DNA of 62,499 nucleotides, counting the filler, from Psammoneis japonica (Eukaryota): the NCBI GenBank assembly GCA_008632985.1. It is 6 parts of 6 records of this genome, joined end to end, with 100 filler letters (N's around TTAATTAATTAA, not from the genome) between each part and the next. Parts side by side here need not be neighbours in the genome. Positions count along the whole stretch, not along the records: positions 52,832 to 62,499 come from QPGO01000530.1; 5 more parts are not named here. One strand, given 5' to 3'. The notes beneath the pieces were generated by a model. The model did not search any database. It was not told the origin of the DNA and saw nothing but the letters and a program-made list of their open reading frames with translations. Positions within the stretch are counted from its first letter, which is position 1. Each line of letters starts with the position of its first letter. This document shows, piece after piece, positions 59,941 through 62,499 of this stretch. The position numbers and the translations under genes were made by a program.

Positions 59941-61426
59941 ATGTCTCAAGCTGAAGAGCCAGTTTTGGGGGAGAGCCGACGTGAAGTAGATGAAGATAGA
60001 ACGATCGCACCGCTTTTCGTCCTTAAGGTGCCTCTCCACTCTTCAGACGTGAAAACGCTTGTTCTCGGCGCTGGTGGGAACCGTTCGGGTATCTCTTCCG
60101 TTTGCTTCCTTCCGTCTCGAACAAAAAATCATGATTGGTTTCGAGATGTAGATGGATCGGAGCATGACACTTCCGATGATGATGAACCCGAGTTTCGTTG
60201 CAACTCACGAACGAACTCTGAGAAGAAGATCGATCGCAATGAATTATCTGGAGCACGCGACGCCACTGCGACTTTGTCACTCGGCGGGATGTTCTTGGCC
60301 TCCAGTCACTCCATGGCGAGTCATTCTTGTGGGATTTGGGTCGGAGACGTATCGTTGCCGAATTTTCTGGTATACGAGGCCCAGGACTTGTGCTGAGGCG
60401 AATGGGGCAAGACAACAACCTGCTGTACCAAACGCGAGACGAAAAGGGAACGGTTTCCATTCATTCTGTTGAGACCCAATTAAGAACAAATAATCGATTG
60501 TCCGTCTGCCCTTCTTGCCCAGTTGTCGCGAAGTTCGAGACGAACTCTCGTACCTTTTGCGCAGCCGCCCCGTGCTTCGGCAACGCTAACCTGGTAGCAC
60601 TGCCTGCTGAAGACGAAACCATGGTTGTCGTTCGCGATTTGAGGGTTCCTTCAACGATGTCACCAGTAACAAGATTCCGCGGAGGTAGTCATTCTGGAGG
60701 AGGAGCGGAACGGGGTCATGGGATGTTAACGTCGTTGGCAATGTCGGAAGCTTGTAGTGCTCGAGGTTGGCCCGTCGTTTCCTGTGGCATGGAGGACGGA
60801 TCAGTGTTTTTTCACGATCTCAGAAAGCCTGGGCATCTCTTGGAGAAGAAAACATCTCTTGCTGATCAAAGTCGACAGGAGCCAACCTTCCAGAAGTTGC
60901 CGTCGCTCCCTTGTGCTTGTATAAAGCTTGGAAGTAGCCCTGTTCTTGGCTTGGATGTTGTGTCATCGTCGTCAACGTCCACCGGTGCAAAATCCGTAGT
61001 CGCGATTGCTGGGATGGCAGGCGATGCAGCTGATATTAGCGAGCTTCCAGAGAGAGAACGTGGTACGGTTACAATCATAAAGGCATTCTTTCCATCGGAA
61101 GAAGATAGCGCTGTTCCTGTCGCTAGGCTTCGAGCTCGCCTCCCTACTTGCAGGCTAGGGGCGGACGTAGCCTCGGTGGAAAACCTGGTGTTTCAGTGTG
61201 TCGGTTTCGCCCAGATGGACGCATATTTGCTGTTGGTGGGTGGGATAAGCGATTGAGAATCTTTGATCGAACGTGCAAAGCCTCTCCTCTCGCCATCCTG
61301 AAGGCTCATGCTGATTCTGTAGCCGCTGTTGACTGGGCTTCAGATTCGGCGATGTCTGGTATTGTGGCGACTGGGGCTGGAGATGGTAGGATATGTTTAT
61401 GGCGGTGTTTTCCTTCATACAAATAA
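59941..61426 (+). CDS. WD40-repeat protein of the GNB1L/Asa1 type; frameshifts near 60310 and 61165
   Basis: C-terminal KPGVSVCRFRPDGRIFAVGGWDKRLRIF...LAILKAHADSVAAVDW...ATGAGDGRICLW; internal GMEDGSVFFHDLR. Confidence 0.8.
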
Positions 61427-61889
61427 ATCGAGCAAGTCGCGTTGGACGCATGTGTAAGGACGTTGTAGGGTGGCGGTGGCATCAGTCGCTCAAATCATCA
61501 TCGCATTCGAAAGTTTGAGTTTCGCGCCAAAATTGAAATACTACGATACTCTCTAGTAGTACCGATAGTATTCGTACATCGACCCGAAAAATAGACATCG
61601 TCCTTAGGTTCAGATTCAGATGGTTGGAGCTGTAGCAATAACAACAGAACCGAAAAAAACGATGGGATACTTATGGCGGTGCTTTCCTTCTCACAAGCAC
61701 TCTAGGTATGCACCGAGGAAATCGCTTTGCATACTGGTGTTGAAATGCGTGACGCGCACACGCAGGGTCGGAACTTTCATTCCAGTATTCTAAACCAGCG
61801 CGAACATGAGAGTCGAATCATTTAACGCTTGACTGCACTACTAATGAACCAAGAAACCCACCCTTCCCAAAAATGTATCAAACCGCAGG

Positions 61890-62499
61890 TCAGGTCTCGT
61901 CGAGAATCGCGTCCCAAAACATTATCTCGTAATCTTGGAGCAGTCTCACCGGTTCTATTAACTCGTCATAAGTAACACCTTCCTTTTCGATTATTACCGC
62001 TGCCATTTCATCCAACTTTTCAATGGGCGTGGCAAAAATTTAACGAAACTGAGAGCTTCGTCTTCAACACCAGAATATCCGTACACTTTGTTTGCAGCAA
62101 GTGCGTGGTGCAGTCTGCGACACATTCTGCCCCATGCAGGAAAGTTGACTGCGCACGCCGCTGCTGCTGGGCCTTGCGATTATCTCTAGCCAGTCTAGCC
62201 CAGTAAGATGGGTATGCCTGCGCACCTGCGGACAGCATTTTGTGGGAGGTAATGGACTGCTCATCATTGAGGCCCAGCGATTTCGCGTGCTCCAGCAAGA
62301 GCCCCGCGGCATGAACCTCGCCACTGAGTAAGAAGTGAAATAAGTTTTTTGGATCTCCATCATCTTGGACCGGTTCAGGAACAATCGATTCAGTTAGAGA
62401 AGGAGGCGTGAACTCTTTGTGATCGGCGAGGACGGCAAAGGAAACCGCGTCGGCTTGCTGGATTGCGAACTGTTCACACACAAATGCTCGCCGTTGTTT
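61890..62499 (-). CDS. TenA/heme-oxygenase-like superfamily protein, 5' end outside the window; frameshifts
   Basis: F.FLLSGE, AQAYPSYWARLA, AVNFPAWGRMC, FATP and C-terminal RLLQDYEIMFWDAI; stop TGA at 61892-61890. Confidence 0.7.

Noticed and set aside
54856..62499. Frameshifts in the PPase, Sec66-like, WD40 and TenA-like genes (also MMSDH and PhoX) as pseudogenisation or programmed frameshifting
   Set aside because: Single-base indels are scattered over many otherwise well-conserved housekeeping genes and accompany isolated Ns; sequencing or consensus error is more likely. Read polishing would confirm.

Overview
Eukaryotic nuclear DNA, most likely from a pennate diatom (plastid ASAFAP-type bipartite presequence on ALB3, frustulin-type Cys-rich repeats, short 74-103 nt GT-AG introns). 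The window is not one locus. It holds six contigs of about 10 kb, joined by artificial 100-nt linkers (N44-TTAATTAATTAA-N44) in decreasing size order. Host genes carry scattered single-base frameshifts that look like consensus errors. There are two sharply separated compartments. (1) Ordinary host genes: class IV aminotransferase, methylmalonate-semialdehyde dehydrogenase, a frustulin-repeat/PhoX-type fusion, soluble pyrophosphatase, Sec66-like, ALB3, GNB1L/Asa1-like WD40, TenA-like and two hypotheticals. (2) About 40 kb of decayed transposon/repeat DNA (Plavaka-like transposase, CRE-like non-LTR RT and endonuclease fragments, a probable Helitron fragment, tandem arrays) almost devoid of the dinucleotide TpA. 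Duplicated sequences inside the window show TA/TG/CA three-state polymorphisms, and surviving TpA sites are mostly in YTAR context. The main candidate discovery is a repeat-targeted, context-specific A:T>G:C hypermutation process (TAY>TGY on both strands), opposite in direction to fungal RIP. Also notable is a divergent histone H4-fold ORF inside an insertion flanked by a 393-bp duplication of two convergent gene ends. All family assignments are from motif recognition by eye and all counts are manual.
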